64,000 nucleotides of DNA from a candidate division WOR-1 bacterium RIFOXYB2_FULL_46_45 (GTDB lineage Bacteria > Margulisbacteria > WOR-1 > XYC2-FULL-46-14). The first letter of the stretch is position 1. Each line of letters starts with the position of its first letter. The position numbers were made by a program, and so were the translations under genes. Positions 8,376 to 17,320 of the stretch are shown piece by piece. Location of the stretch: assembly GCA_001771585.1 (NCBI GenBank), contig MEUE01000001.1, forward strand, positions 191,789 to 255,788, read 5' to 3'. The notes beneath the pieces were generated by a model. It did no database searches, was not told where the DNA came from, and worked only from the letters and a program-made list of their open reading frames with translations.

Positions 8376-9983
8376 CTACTTCTTAACAGCTACCGCTGTT
8401 TTTTGTCCTTTTAATATTCCCTTTGCCAGCACATCCTGGACCGTCTGAGTGCGGTAGAGAATCTCAACCGCCTCCGCGCGCGTGATCCAGCTGTTCGGCG
8501 ATAATTTGTCCGAAGTTACGTATTGGAGCATTCCGGCCGTTTTCGCTCCGGCAACATAGCCCGCCGCCCAGTGGCTCGGCTTAATATCTTTGTATTCTTT
8601 GTTGTACTTCACCGGCACGACGTTCGCGAACTTGGAGACGGTCGTCACCGCCTCGGCGCGGGTAATCCCCTTTTGAGGTTTGAACCTCGCGTCGGGATAA
8701 CCGTTCACATAGCCGACACTCGCCGCCGTAAAGATCTGGTCATAGGCCCAGCTCTTGGGAGAGACATCCGAAAAAAGATGCTTCCCTTTCTGGACTTTGA
8801 CATCCGCGGTGCGAACCAAAACCGTCGCGATCTCCGAACGGTTGATCTTCCCTTCCGGCCTGAAATTGCCGTCCGGGTACCCTTTGATGATCCCCTGAGT
8901 CGCCAGGAGCGAGATCTGGTTATAGGCCCAGTGATTTTCGGGAACGTCCTTAAATCTGATTAATTCCAACGGCTTGGCCGGTTCAACCAACTCTTTCCTG
9001 GCCTCCGCAACCGGCAGTCCATATGAAATCGAGAAATAGTTGTTGCTCATCCCCGGAGCCGCTTCGAATTGATGATAGGCATAGTCGAATCTAAATCCCT
9101 TCACATTTAAACCGATACCGCCGGTCAGGTTGTTTTGGTCCAAACCGACTCTAAGCGCGATTAACGGGATCGGAGAGTATTCAATACCAAGATGTAAAGT
9201 TGACGGATTTTTTTGTGAAACACTCGAGTTGATATCACAGGCGACAATCAGCTCCTGCCCCTTAAATTCGCGCAGGCCGCGATCCCCCAGCACTTTGAAC
9301 GAAGCACCGTAAACGAGGCTGGCAGGAAAACTCTCGTCGTGTCCGCCGGGATAAGCAAGCTTTCCCCCCAAAGAGGCGGGGAGTATATTGCGGCCAACGA
9401 TACCTAATTTTAAGAAATCTCTCGGCCGGGCTTGTACGCCAAGGTCAAGATCCATACCGGACCCGTTGCCGTCGCTGATTCCGCCTCCGATCAGGTTGGT
9501 TGAGAATAATTTTAAATTCGCTCCGACCGAAACATCGCTGCGGTTAAGGTCCGAACCATAGGATAAAAGAAGGACATTGTTGGTATTCCCCATTGTCCCG
9601 GCCGCGCTATCAACTTCATAAACCGGGTCGCTTTCGGTTCCGGGCTTAATCCTGGTCACCGGAGCCCCTTCGATGCCCGAACCGGCATAACCCAAACCAA
9701 ACACGCCGTACTTGGTCGGATAAACGCCGTTAATAGATGTATATGAATAATCTTCCATAAAACGGCCGAACATAGATGATACTTGGAGCTTTTCAATATT
9801 GGCTATTCCGGCCGGGTTCGAATAGGCCGCGGCGGCATCGTCCCCAAGGCCGACATAGGCCTTACCGAGCGCTATTACGCGGGCGTTTTGGATTTGAGAG
9901 GTTGGATCGTTGGCAATAAAAGCGGAAACGCTTGAAACAAGAATTAGAACCATCAGTCCGGTTATTAATATAACTCTTTTCAT
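8376..9983 (-). CDS. Outer-membrane PorV/FadL-like beta-barrel fused to three C-terminal SLH domains
   Basis: Signal peptide after AGGAGG SD; ARVIALGKAYVGLGDDAAAAYSNPAGIA (PorV/FadL-type start); alternating beta-strands ending FRFDYAY...FSISYG; SLH motifs FKDVPENHWAY...GIIKGYPDGNFRPEGKINRSE, FSDVSPKSWA...GYPDARFKP..ITRAE, YKDIKPSHWA...ITRAE. Confidence 0.85.
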   Translation of the reverse strand: MKRVILITGLMVLILVSSVSAFIANDPTSQIQNARVIALGKAYVGLGDDAAAAYSNPAGIANIEKLQVSSMFGRFMEDYSYTSINGVYPTKYGVFGLGYAGSGIEGAPVTRIKPGTESDPVYEVDSAAGTMGNTNNVLLLSYGSDLNRSDVSVGANLKLFSTNLIGGGISDGNGSGMDLDLGVQARPRDFLKLGIVGRNILPASLGGKLAYPGGHDESFPASLVYGASFKVLGDRGLREFKGQELIVACDINSSVSQKNPSTLHLGIEYSPIPLIALRVGLDQNNLTGGIGLNVKGFRFDYAYHQFEAAPGMSNNYFSISYGLPVAEARKELVEPAKPLELIRFKDVPENHWAYNQISLLATQGIIKGYPDGNFRPEGKINRSEIATVLVRTADVKVQKGKHLFSDVSPKSWAYDQIFTAASVGYVNGYPDARFKPQKGITRAEAVTTVSKFANVVPVKYNKEYKDIKPSHWAAGYVAGAKTAGMLQYVTSDKLSPNSWITRAEAVEILYRTQTVQDVLAKGILKGQKTAVAVKK

Positions 9984-10066
9984 CGGGTTTTTCCTCCTGT
10001 CCCGTCTAGCGGGATCACCTTTCATATGTCTATCGGAGGAAGCCCTAGAAAACTTGCATGAAACTA

Positions 10067-10159
10067 ACTCACCCTAAATCCCTCTCTTTTCAAGAGAGGG
10101 ACTTTCCCCTTTGCTACTTTTCCCCCTCTCTAGAATAGAGAGGGGGTTAGGGGGTGAGT
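10067..10159. repeat. Nested CCCTCTC/GAGAGGG palindromic element overlapping the glyS 3' end
   Basis: Outer arms ACTCACCCT...GGGGTGAGT; inner hairpins TCCCTCTCTT-TTC-AAGAGAGGGA (10079-10101) and CCCCCTCTCTA-GAA-TAGAGAGGGGG (10122-10146); the glyS stop codon lies within it. Confidence 0.8.
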
Positions 10160-12054
10160 CTCCCAAAATCAGCAATTCTTAGATATAAACTCGAGATTGA
10201 TTTCAGCAAAGCCAGGCGATTCACCTTGAGGCGCTCGTCCTTATGCATCACCAGGACCTTGTCGAAAAAGAGTGTAACCGGCTCGGTTAAATCGGCCAGT
10301 TTTTTTATCGCGTCAATATAACGGTTGTTGTTGATTGCCTCTTCAACTTCCCAGTTAATTTTCATATACGCTTCGTAGAGGGCTTTTTCCTCGACATCGG
10401 TAAGATCGTGTTCCTTAACCTGTTCCCGTGAGGCCTCTTTGCTGATCCGCTTGACCCGGTCTCCCGACATCCGCACCCCCTCAAACCAGGAAGCATTCCT
10501 GGTTTTCTGAAGCGCTTCCGCGCGGAGTGAAGCATCCAGTATATCGTTGAAGCCGGACAAGGCGGCATCGACTATGTCGTGTTTGTATCCCTTCTCCAAA
10601 AGTAGATTCTTTAGCCGCACCGCGATAAAATTGAGTACCGCCGCCGGGGCGATCTCTTCAAGTCCTAATGGAATCTTATGGTCTAAAATCGTGGAAATGA
10701 CCCCCTGTGCCGCCCGCCGCAAGCCGTACGGATCGGTTGAACCGGACGGCTCGTAGCCGATTGAAAAACAGCCGACCAAAGTATCAAGCTTGTCTGCCAG
10801 GCCGACCACCGCACCTTCAATTGATTTCGGGTGGACGGAATAATGCTCCAGGATTCCTTCCGCAACGACCGGCGATTCACCGCCTAAAAGAGCGTATTCG
10901 CGCCCCATCACTCCCTGCAGTTCGGGAAATTCAAAGACCATCTTGGTCGTTAAATCGGCCTTGCAAAGGGCGGCGATCCGATTAATCGCGGGGATTTTCC
11001 CATGATCTATTTTTGTTGATTTTACGATAAATTCGGCAAGTTTTTTAATCCTTTCGGTCTTCTCTTCCATGTTCCCCAGTTTTTCAAAAAAAGAGATCTT
11101 TTTCAGGTCGGCAATCCGGTCTTTTAACGGTATCTTGAGATCTTCCTCAAAAAAGAAACGGGCATCTTCCAGGCGTGCCGAGAGGACTTTTTCATTCCCC
11201 GCCCGGATATTCTTGTGATATTTTTTAGCGGCCCCGTCGGTTACAACGACAAAGCGCGGTTCCAACGACAGGTCGCGACCTATCGTTACCGGAAAGTACC
11301 TTTGGTTTTTTTTCATTGAAGTGATCAGCACTTCACGGGGCAATTTGAGATATTCCGCCTTAAACTTTCCGACCAGAACCGAAGGATACTCAACCAGGTA
11401 ATTTACTTCATTTAAAAGTTCTTCGTCTATTAAGACGTGCTTTTCGGCTTTTTGTATTAATTTTCTAATCAATTCTTTTCGATTGTTTTGATCTACAATT
11501 ATTTTTGCACTTTGCACTTTACGCTTTGCGCTCTCCGATTTGACCCCTGCCAGCTCAAACCTAACCGCCTTTTTTCCATAAAAAGCCGTAATCCGGTGGA
11601 TCGGACGGATGAAACGGAAATCCAAATCCCCCCAGCGCATTGAGATCGGAAGATAAAGGGAAGAGATGATATGAGGGAGAAGCTGCTTTAAAACCCCCTC
11701 CGTTGCCTCCCCCTTCCTGCTGATCTTTGCGACCAGATATTTTTTGCCGTTAAAATCTTTGGTGACCAGCTTGTTTACATCAACCCCGGCCGATCTGGCA
11801 AAACCGGCCGCCGCGCGCTCGGCAAGCTCAAAGGGAGGACCTTTCATTTCGGAGACCAGATCTTCCTGTTTTGGGGCTAAAGCCTCAACGGATAAGACCA
11901 GCCGGCGGCAGGTGCCGAAAGTTTCTATTTTGGAATACGCTATCCGCGCGGCTGAAAGCTCCTGCGCGCTTTTATTCTTCAAATCCTCAATCAACGCCGG
12001 CATAAACCTGGCCGGAATTTCTTCACATACTATTTCGAGAAGTAGGTTGTTCAT
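10147..12054 (-). CDS. glyS: Glycine--tRNA ligase beta subunit
   Basis: LLLEIVCEEIPARF, MRWG...FIRPIH, EVNYLVEYP, GNEKVLSARLEDARFFF, CKADLTTKMVFEFPELQGVMG, DPYGLRRAA, FFDKVLVM...NRLALL; start at MNNLL (12054). Confidence 0.96.
   Translation of the reverse strand: MNNLLLEIVCEEIPARFMPALIEDLKNKSAQELSAARIAYSKIETFGTCRRLVLSVEALAPKQEDLVSEMKGPPFELAERAAAGFARSAGVDVNKLVTKDFNGKKYLVAKISRKGEATEGVLKQLLPHIISSLYLPISMRWGDLDFRFIRPIHRITAFYGKKAVRFELAGVKSESAKRKVQSAKIIVDQNNRKELIRKLIQKAEKHVLIDEELLNEVNYLVEYPSVLVGKFKAEYLKLPREVLITSMKKNQRYFPVTIGRDLSLEPRFVVVTDGAAKKYHKNIRAGNEKVLSARLEDARFFFEEDLKIPLKDRIADLKKISFFEKLGNMEEKTERIKKLAEFIVKSTKIDHGKIPAINRIAALCKADLTTKMVFEFPELQGVMGREYALLGGESPVVAEGILEHYSVHPKSIEGAVVGLADKLDTLVGCFSIGYEPSGSTDPYGLRRAAQGVISTILDHKIPLGLEEIAPAAVLNFIAVRLKNLLLEKGYKHDIVDAALSGFNDILDASLRAEALQKTRNASWFEGVRMSGDRVKRISKEASREQVKEHDLTDVEEKALYEAYMKINWEVEEAINNNRYIDAIKKLADLTEPVTLFFDKVLVMHKDERLKVNRLALLKSISSLYLRIADFGRLTP
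11264..11289. repeat. REP-like palindrome embedded in frame in glyS
   Basis: Minus strand GT-AACGATAGGTCGCGACCTGTCGTT; 11 of 12 positions complementary plus one G-T pair; encodes TIGRDLSL. Confidence 0.65.
11505..11532. repeat. Four 7-nt tandem units inside glyS
   Basis: TTGCACT TTGCACT TTACGCT TTGCGCT; encodes SAKRKVQSAK. The same AGTGCAA unit recurs at about 14405-14425 on the opposite strand. Confidence 0.75.
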
Positions 12055-12065
12055 TTTTTTGTTGC

Positions 12066-12345
12066 GAACCTGCGAATAAATTCGCGGTTCCATTAACGGG
12101 CTCCCGCCCCGATTGAAATCGGGGCACCCTGGGAATACCTTTTGTCTTCTCCTTCCCTATTTGACGGATACTCCTGAAAAAAGCGCCTCGCGGATATCCC
12201 CTTAATGAATTTCTTCATTTCACCATCCAGTGAGTTTTTTCTTTTATACGTATTAAAAACATAATGATATAACATATTTACCTCGGGTGCGAAAATTTAT
12301 TTTCGCGGGCCCCCGACAGGAACCGAGACTTCAGTCTCAGGTTCC
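12066..12345 (-). mobile_element. Degenerate IS200/IS605-type or REP-associated Y1 transposase element with terminal hairpins
   Basis: Four hairpins (12066-12090, 12106-12125, 12289-12306, 12319-12345) bracket a tnpA fragment between glyQ and glyS. Confidence 0.7.
12093..12275 (-). pseudogene. tnpA: Internally deleted Y1 (HUH) transposase remnant
   Basis: N-terminal YHYVFNTYKRK joined directly to KFIKGISARRFFQEYP; both resemble IS200 TnpA motifs, but the HUH motif and the C-terminal catalytic Tyr region are absent. Confidence 0.72.
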
Positions 12346-12364
12346 GATTCCATTTCTTCCTTTC

Positions 12365-13252
12365 CTATGCCTTACCTGTGCCTATGCCTGCGCCTACGCC
12401 TTGGATCCCCTCTCCCAAGTAAACTTTGGCGGCCCATTTGGCCATCTTCCTAATCTTCAAAAGATGCTGCATCCGCTCCGCCACCGAAAGAGCCCCGCGA
12501 GCATCCAGGATGTTAAAATAGTGGGAGCATTTTAGAATATAATCATAGGCGGGAAGAACCAGATTCTTCTTCAAAAGCCGAATCGCCTCCGTTTCAAAAA
12601 TAGCAAACAGATTCTGCAAAGCGGCGATATCCGCCTCTTCAAAATTATATTTCGAATGTTCCTGCTCCTGCCGCAAATAAATATCGCCGTATTTGACCCC
12701 CTTCGTCCACTCAATATCATAAACCGAATTGACCTTTTGGATAAACATCGCCAGCCGCTCCAGCCCGTAGGTCAATTCGACGGAAACCGGCTTGCAGGGG
12801 AAGCCGCCGCACTCCTGAAAATAGGTAAACTGGGTAACTTCCATCCCCTCCGCCCAGACCTCCCATCCGGTCCCCCATGCTCCCAAGGCGGGCGATTCCC
12901 AGTTATCTTCGACAAAACGGACATCGTGATGGGAGGGCTCAATCCCAATCGCGCGAAGTGAATTCAAATATAACTCCTGAACATTAAGCGGCGACGGTTT
13001 TAGAAGGACCTGGTACTGAAAATAATGGAAGAGGCGGTTCGGATTCTCTCCATATCTCCCGTCGGTCGGCCGGCGGACCGGGTCGATATAGGCAACCTTG
13101 GTCGGCTTGGGACCGAGCGCCCCGAAAAAAGTGGCGGGAGACATCGTCGCCGCCCCTTTTTCCACATCGTACGGCTGGCGGATGACACAACCCTCGCCGG
13201 ACCAATAGCGATTTAAGGTTGCTATAATATCCTGAAAAGATATCTTTTTCAT
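12365..13252 (-). CDS. glyQ: Glycine--tRNA ligase alpha subunit
   Basis: [75 protein letters not shown]. Confidence 0.98.
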   Translation of the reverse strand: MKKISFQDIIATLNRYWSGEGCVIRQPYDVEKGAATMSPATFFGALGPKPTKVAYIDPVRRPTDGRYGENPNRLFHYFQYQVLLKPSPLNVQELYLNSLRAIGIEPSHHDVRFVEDNWESPALGAWGTGWEVWAEGMEVTQFTYFQECGGFPCKPVSVELTYGLERLAMFIQKVNSVYDIEWTKGVKYGDIYLRQEQEHSKYNFEEADIAALQNLFAIFETEAIRLLKKNLVLPAYDYILKCSHYFNILDARGALSVAERMQHLLKIRKMAKWAAKVYLGEGIQGVGAGIGTGKA

Positions 13253-14379
13253 TTTCTCTGCAAAGCCTTCATCAATACTTGCGGGCGCTTCAAAACTCCC
13301 ATAATCAGTGTCCCGATTGTCGAATAGGTTTTAAAATTGGACATCAAGCTCCAGGCGATTGACGAGTGGTTCTCAAAATCTCCGATCTTCTCAACCAGGT
13401 GCACATTGTCTTTGAGATAATTAAAAAGCTTGAGCAGAACATCCTCCCCCAGTCCCTCGGTTAGGCTCCTCAGCATAAGGCAGAATTTTACCTCCTGCCC
13501 GTACGCTTCCTGCCAGTCGGTCTCATATTGCTTCAGGTTCCCGTCCTTGATCGCCCGCGCAAGATGCTCCGCCCCGCGCATGCCGTAATAGATCCCGCCG
13601 GAGGTGATCGGCTTGAGCTGACAGCCGGCGTCGCCGACCAAGGCGGCGTTGTTTTCAAAAACCAGGTCCGAGGTCCCGATCGGGATCGGTCCGGCATTCC
13701 TTTCAATTATCTCTCCATCGATCCGGCGTTCTTTGATAAAATTCTCCAGTTCTTGATATGGGTTCTCCGCCATCGTCCCAACCCTGATTACCCCGTTCCC
13801 TTCCGGGATAACCCAAGTGAAGAGGGAAAAGGGCTTGCTGTAAATTACTTCAACTCGATCGCGATCCGGGATCTCTTTTTTTATCCTGTATTGCAGTCCG
13901 CGGTAAATTTTGAGGGCGGAAGAGAACCCGAGCTGATTCCTGACTTTGGAGTGCGGTCCGTCCGCTCCGATTAAAAGATCGGTATAATATTCTCCGTTAT
14001 TGGTTTTGACATTGTAGCCGGGGCCGTTTTTTTCCGCACCCTCGAAGCGGGTGTTAAATTCGATGTTTAACCCGTGACTCAATTCCTGGTCAAAGATATC
14101 CCGCTTGACGATATAGGCGACCCCGTCGCGTTTCAAAAGAAAGGCGGAGTTTTTAAACTGCACTTTGGCGCCGTCGATGACATTGATGATCGATTTTTTT
14201 GAGAGCGGAATTTGGGAATGCTTGAAGACATCTTTCCCCAAAATCCCGGCGCAAGCGACCGGACGGCCGACTTCGGCGTGTTCTTCAAGCAATAGAGGAG
14301 AAAATCCGTAGGATTTTAAGAGTTGTCCGAGGTAGCATCCGATCGGCCCGGCGCCGACGATGATAATTTTTCTGTGCAT
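13249..14379 (-). CDS. Geranylgeranyl-reductase-family FAD-dependent oxidoreductase
   Basis: IIVGAGPIG Rossmann motif, [43 protein letters not shown]. Confidence 0.85.
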   Translation of the reverse strand: MHRKIIIVGAGPIGCYLGQLLKSYGFSPLLLEEHAEVGRPVACAGILGKDVFKHSQIPLSKKSIINVIDGAKVQFKNSAFLLKRDGVAYIVKRDIFDQELSHGLNIEFNTRFEGAEKNGPGYNVKTNNGEYYTDLLIGADGPHSKVRNQLGFSSALKIYRGLQYRIKKEIPDRDRVEVIYSKPFSLFTWVIPEGNGVIRVGTMAENPYQELENFIKERRIDGEIIERNAGPIPIGTSDLVFENNAALVGDAGCQLKPITSGGIYYGMRGAEHLARAIKDGNLKQYETDWQEAYGQEVKFCLMLRSLTEGLGEDVLLKLFNYLKDNVHLVEKIGDFENHSSIAWSLMSNFKTYSTIGTLIMGVLKRPQVLMKALQRK

Positions 14380-14388
14380 TATTTGTTA

Positions 14389-14397
14389 ATTATAGCA
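14389..14397 (-). promoter_or_regulatory. Extended -10 promoter (TGcTATAAT), likely leaderless, for the reductase-glyQ transcript
   Basis: TGCTATAAT 9 nt upstream of ATG at 14379; no SD. Confidence 0.6.
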
Positions 14398-14427
14398 TGG
14401 AAAAAGTGCAAAACTCAAAGTGCAAAG

Positions 14428-15456
14428 CTACGTATAGACCTTGACCCGCAGTAGAAAAACGCAAGCGAAGACGGCCAATGTTATTACAATAATAATCAAA
14501 GAAAAAAACTGGACCAGGCTGGCGGTAACCATCGACAAGGCGATCGCGCCCAGAACAATCTGGACGGCGTAAAGGGTTAGAACGGTCATCTTTTGGGATA
14601 GTCCCATCAGATGGATCCGGTGATGAGAATGGTCCTTTCCCGGAGTGCTCATTTTTAAATTATGCAAAAGGCGATTGGAAAAGACAAAAAAAGTATCAAA
14701 AATTGGAATCCCCAGAATTATCAGGGGAACAATAAAAGAGACAAATTGGAGGCGGGGAATATTCAAGACCAGCGCAATATTCCATAGGCTGAAGATTTTT
14801 AATTTCATGGCAATGGTCGCCAGGATAAAGCCGATAAAGGTGGAGCCCTCTTCCCCCAGAAATATGGAGGCGGGGTTGAAATTATATTTTAAAAATCCCA
14901 GACAAGCTCCGGCAAGGGCAATTGAAAGAATCGCGACATCGGACAAGTTGTTGCTTAGACCCAGAACAAAAAAAGATAAGCCGGCAAAAAAGGCGACCCC
15001 GGATACAAGACCGTCCATGCCGTCAAGCATATTAAAAGAATTGGTCATAAAGGTGATAAAGCAGGCGGAAAGGATTAAATTAAACCACCACCAGGGAAAC
15101 AAAAAGACCCCGATTCCGGTCAAGTGAACAAACAAGAGCGCAAACACCAAATGCGACCAGATCTTGATCCTGGCTCTAATTTTTATTCCGGCATCGTCCA
15201 AAAAACCAAAGAGGATAAAGATCAGGCCAAAAAACAAGATCCAAAGCAACTCCGGTGTTTTGGGGGCAAAAAACAACAAGGACAAGGACGAGGACAAGAA
15301 GATGGCCATACCACCCATTAGCGGGATCGGTTTATCATGGATCTTGCGGTGGTTGGGGTGGTCGAGGACATTTATCCTTCTGGCCAGCAATTTAGCCAAT
15401 GGGGTTAAGGAGAGAGACAAGATTAGGGCTATAAAAAAGCAAATTAATTGTTCCAT
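14428..15456 (-). CDS. MraY/WecA/TagO-family undecaprenyl-phosphate HexNAc-1-phosphate transferase
   Basis: DHPNHRKIHDKPIPLMGG, FGFLDD, NSFNMLDGMDGL, FLKYNFNPASIFLG, PIFDT, KDHSHHR; multi-TM. Confidence 0.92.
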   Translation of the reverse strand: MEQLICFFIALILSLSLTPLAKLLARRINVLDHPNHRKIHDKPIPLMGGMAIFLSSSLSLLFFAPKTPELLWILFFGLIFILFGFLDDAGIKIRARIKIWSHLVFALLFVHLTGIGVFLFPWWWFNLILSACFITFMTNSFNMLDGMDGLVSGVAFFAGLSFFVLGLSNNLSDVAILSIALAGACLGFLKYNFNPASIFLGEEGSTFIGFILATIAMKLKIFSLWNIALVLNIPRLQFVSFIVPLIILGIPIFDTFFVFSNRLLHNLKMSTPGKDHSHHRIHLMGLSQKMTVLTLYAVQIVLGAIALSMVTASLVQFFSLIIIVITLAVFACVFLLRVKVYT

Positions 15457-16409
15457 TATTTTAATTTTTTAAACACGCGAATATTATAAAATTCGTCTTT
15501 TTCATAATCACCGTAAGAATCCCGATGGTTATAAAGATCAAGAACAATATCTTTGATGGAATAGCGCGGATCAAAGCCCAGCTCTATTTTGGCTTTTTCA
15601 ATTGAAACTTTGTAGTTGCGAAAATCATCGATATTTTTTATCTCAATTTGAATTTTTTTGCCGGACAACGCTTCTACCTCCTCCTTGACCAGATCGGCCA
15701 CCGCGCCAACGGTAAAATTTCCGGAACAAACATTAAAGATGCCGCTTATGCCGTCATCCGCCTGGATCGCCCGCAAATAGGCCTCAACGCAATCCCTGAC
15801 ATCATAGACCGGCCGCCAGATCGCAGCGTTGTTTACCGTGATTTTACCCGAGGTCATGGCCGATTTGAACATGGTATTGACGATTAAATCCATCCGCATG
15901 CGGGGGCTATGTCCGGAGACCGTCCCCTGGCGCAAGGCGATTACCGAAAAACCGTCCCTGATCATTTGAAGCGCCCCCCGCTCTCCCTGAAGTTTTGAAA
16001 TGCCGTAAGGATAATCGCAGGTGACCGGATCGGTTTCGAGGTACAGGTGATCCTGAGCATACCCATAGACCGAACAGGAAGAGGCGTAAATAAATCTTTT
16101 TACTCCCGCGTTTTTGGCCCGGTAGGCAAGATAAGAAGGGAGTGCCCCGTTGTCAATAAAATTTCTAACCGGATTAAATTCGGCCATAGGGTCGTTTGAA
16201 AGACCGGCCAGAAAAATAACCCGGTCATAATCTTTCAAATCCGCTTCATGGCAATCGAAAAGATTCTTTTTGATTATTTTGACCTGTTTTGGGAGATGGT
16301 TCCCAAACCAAAAAAGATCAATGACATCGACTTCATAATTGTGTTCCAAAAGAGCTGGGACAAGGACGGAACCGATGTAGCCCGCGCCGCCGGCGATTAG
16401 AAGTTTCAT
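15456..16409 (-). CDS. NAD-dependent epimerase/dehydratase (extended SDR, LSNDP subtype)
   Basis: GGAGYIGS, FLAGLSNDP, YASSCSVYG, YGISK; start at MKLLI after GGAGG. Confidence 0.9.
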   Translation of the reverse strand: MKLLIAGGAGYIGSVLVPALLEHNYEVDVIDLFWFGNHLPKQVKIIKKNLFDCHEADLKDYDRVIFLAGLSNDPMAEFNPVRNFIDNGALPSYLAYRAKNAGVKRFIYASSCSVYGYAQDHLYLETDPVTCDYPYGISKLQGERGALQMIRDGFSVIALRQGTVSGHSPRMRMDLIVNTMFKSAMTSGKITVNNAAIWRPVYDVRDCVEAYLRAIQADDGISGIFNVCSGNFTVGAVADLVKEEVEALSGKKIQIEIKNIDDFRNYKVSIEKAKIELGFDPRYSIKDIVLDLYNHRDSYGDYEKDEFYNIRVFKKLK

Positions 16410-16411
16410 TC

Positions 16412-17320
16412 CTACCTCCGCTTGCATGTTATCTTAATGCTATTTAATATTATTTTCAAGCTTGTTAAGACAATAAATCCAAAAAAAGTAACGGTGGTCA
16501 TTGGATTCAGCCAAGATTTCAAATAATGTTTTCTGAAATAATTATAGGCCGATTTATGCATCTGATAAATCATCAAATTTGATAAAAACAAGCCCCTTTT
16601 TCCGCCGCCTTTACCGGTAAAATGTATAATTTCGGCCTCGGGGATAAAACAGATTTTCCAACCCGCGTCATGGATCCTTTTACACCAGTCGGTGTCTTCC
16701 CAATAGATAAAAAAGTTTTTATCGTCCAACATCCCTACTTGATCAATTACGGATTTTCTAACCATCAATGCCGCACCGGAAGCCCAGTCGATTTCACGGA
16801 TAGAATCATAATTCCAATTTGAAAGCAGGTTTTTGGAAGACCAAGGGTTATTTGGGAATAATTTAGTTAAAAGAGAAGCCCTGCCAAACATGGTCCCCCA
16901 GGGAGTTGGGAAAGTACGGCAATTACGTTGAATTGTTTTTCCATCGGCATCATAAAGTTTACAAGTAAGCGCGCCAACTTTGGGATTAGCCTCCATAAAG
17001 GCAACCATTTTATCCAAAGCATCGTTTTTTAAGATGGTATCGTTATTTAGTAAAATTACGTATTTACCCACAGCCATTCTTATTGCCTGATTATTGGCAT
17101 AAGCAAAGCCTTTGTTTTGTTTATTCGCAATGATTTTTACTTGGGAAAATGCCTTTTTAATCGACTCACGACTACCGTCGGTAGAATTGTTGTCGACTAG
17201 GATTATCTCAAATGATAACAACTTTGTTTTGTCGTAGATGGAGCGGAGGCAGTTGGTGGTTAATTCTTGAGAGTTGTGGTTGATAAGACAAATGGATAAA
17301 TGTTTCGCATTAGTATACAT
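16412..17320 (-). CDS. GT2 glycosyltransferase (WbbL/rhamnosyltransferase-like)
   Basis: [49 protein letters not shown]. Confidence 0.9.
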   Translation of the reverse strand: MYTNAKHLSICLINHNSQELTTNCLRSIYDKTKLLSFEIILVDNNSTDGSRESIKKAFSQVKIIANKQNKGFAYANNQAIRMAVGKYVILLNNDTILKNDALDKMVAFMEANPKVGALTCKLYDADGKTIQRNCRTFPTPWGTMFGRASLLTKLFPNNPWSSKNLLSNWNYDSIREIDWASGAALMVRKSVIDQVGMLDDKNFFIYWEDTDWCKRIHDAGWKICFIPEAEIIHFTGKGGGKRGLFLSNLMIYQMHKSAYNYFRKHYLKSWLNPMTTVTFFGFIVLTSLKIILNSIKITCKRR

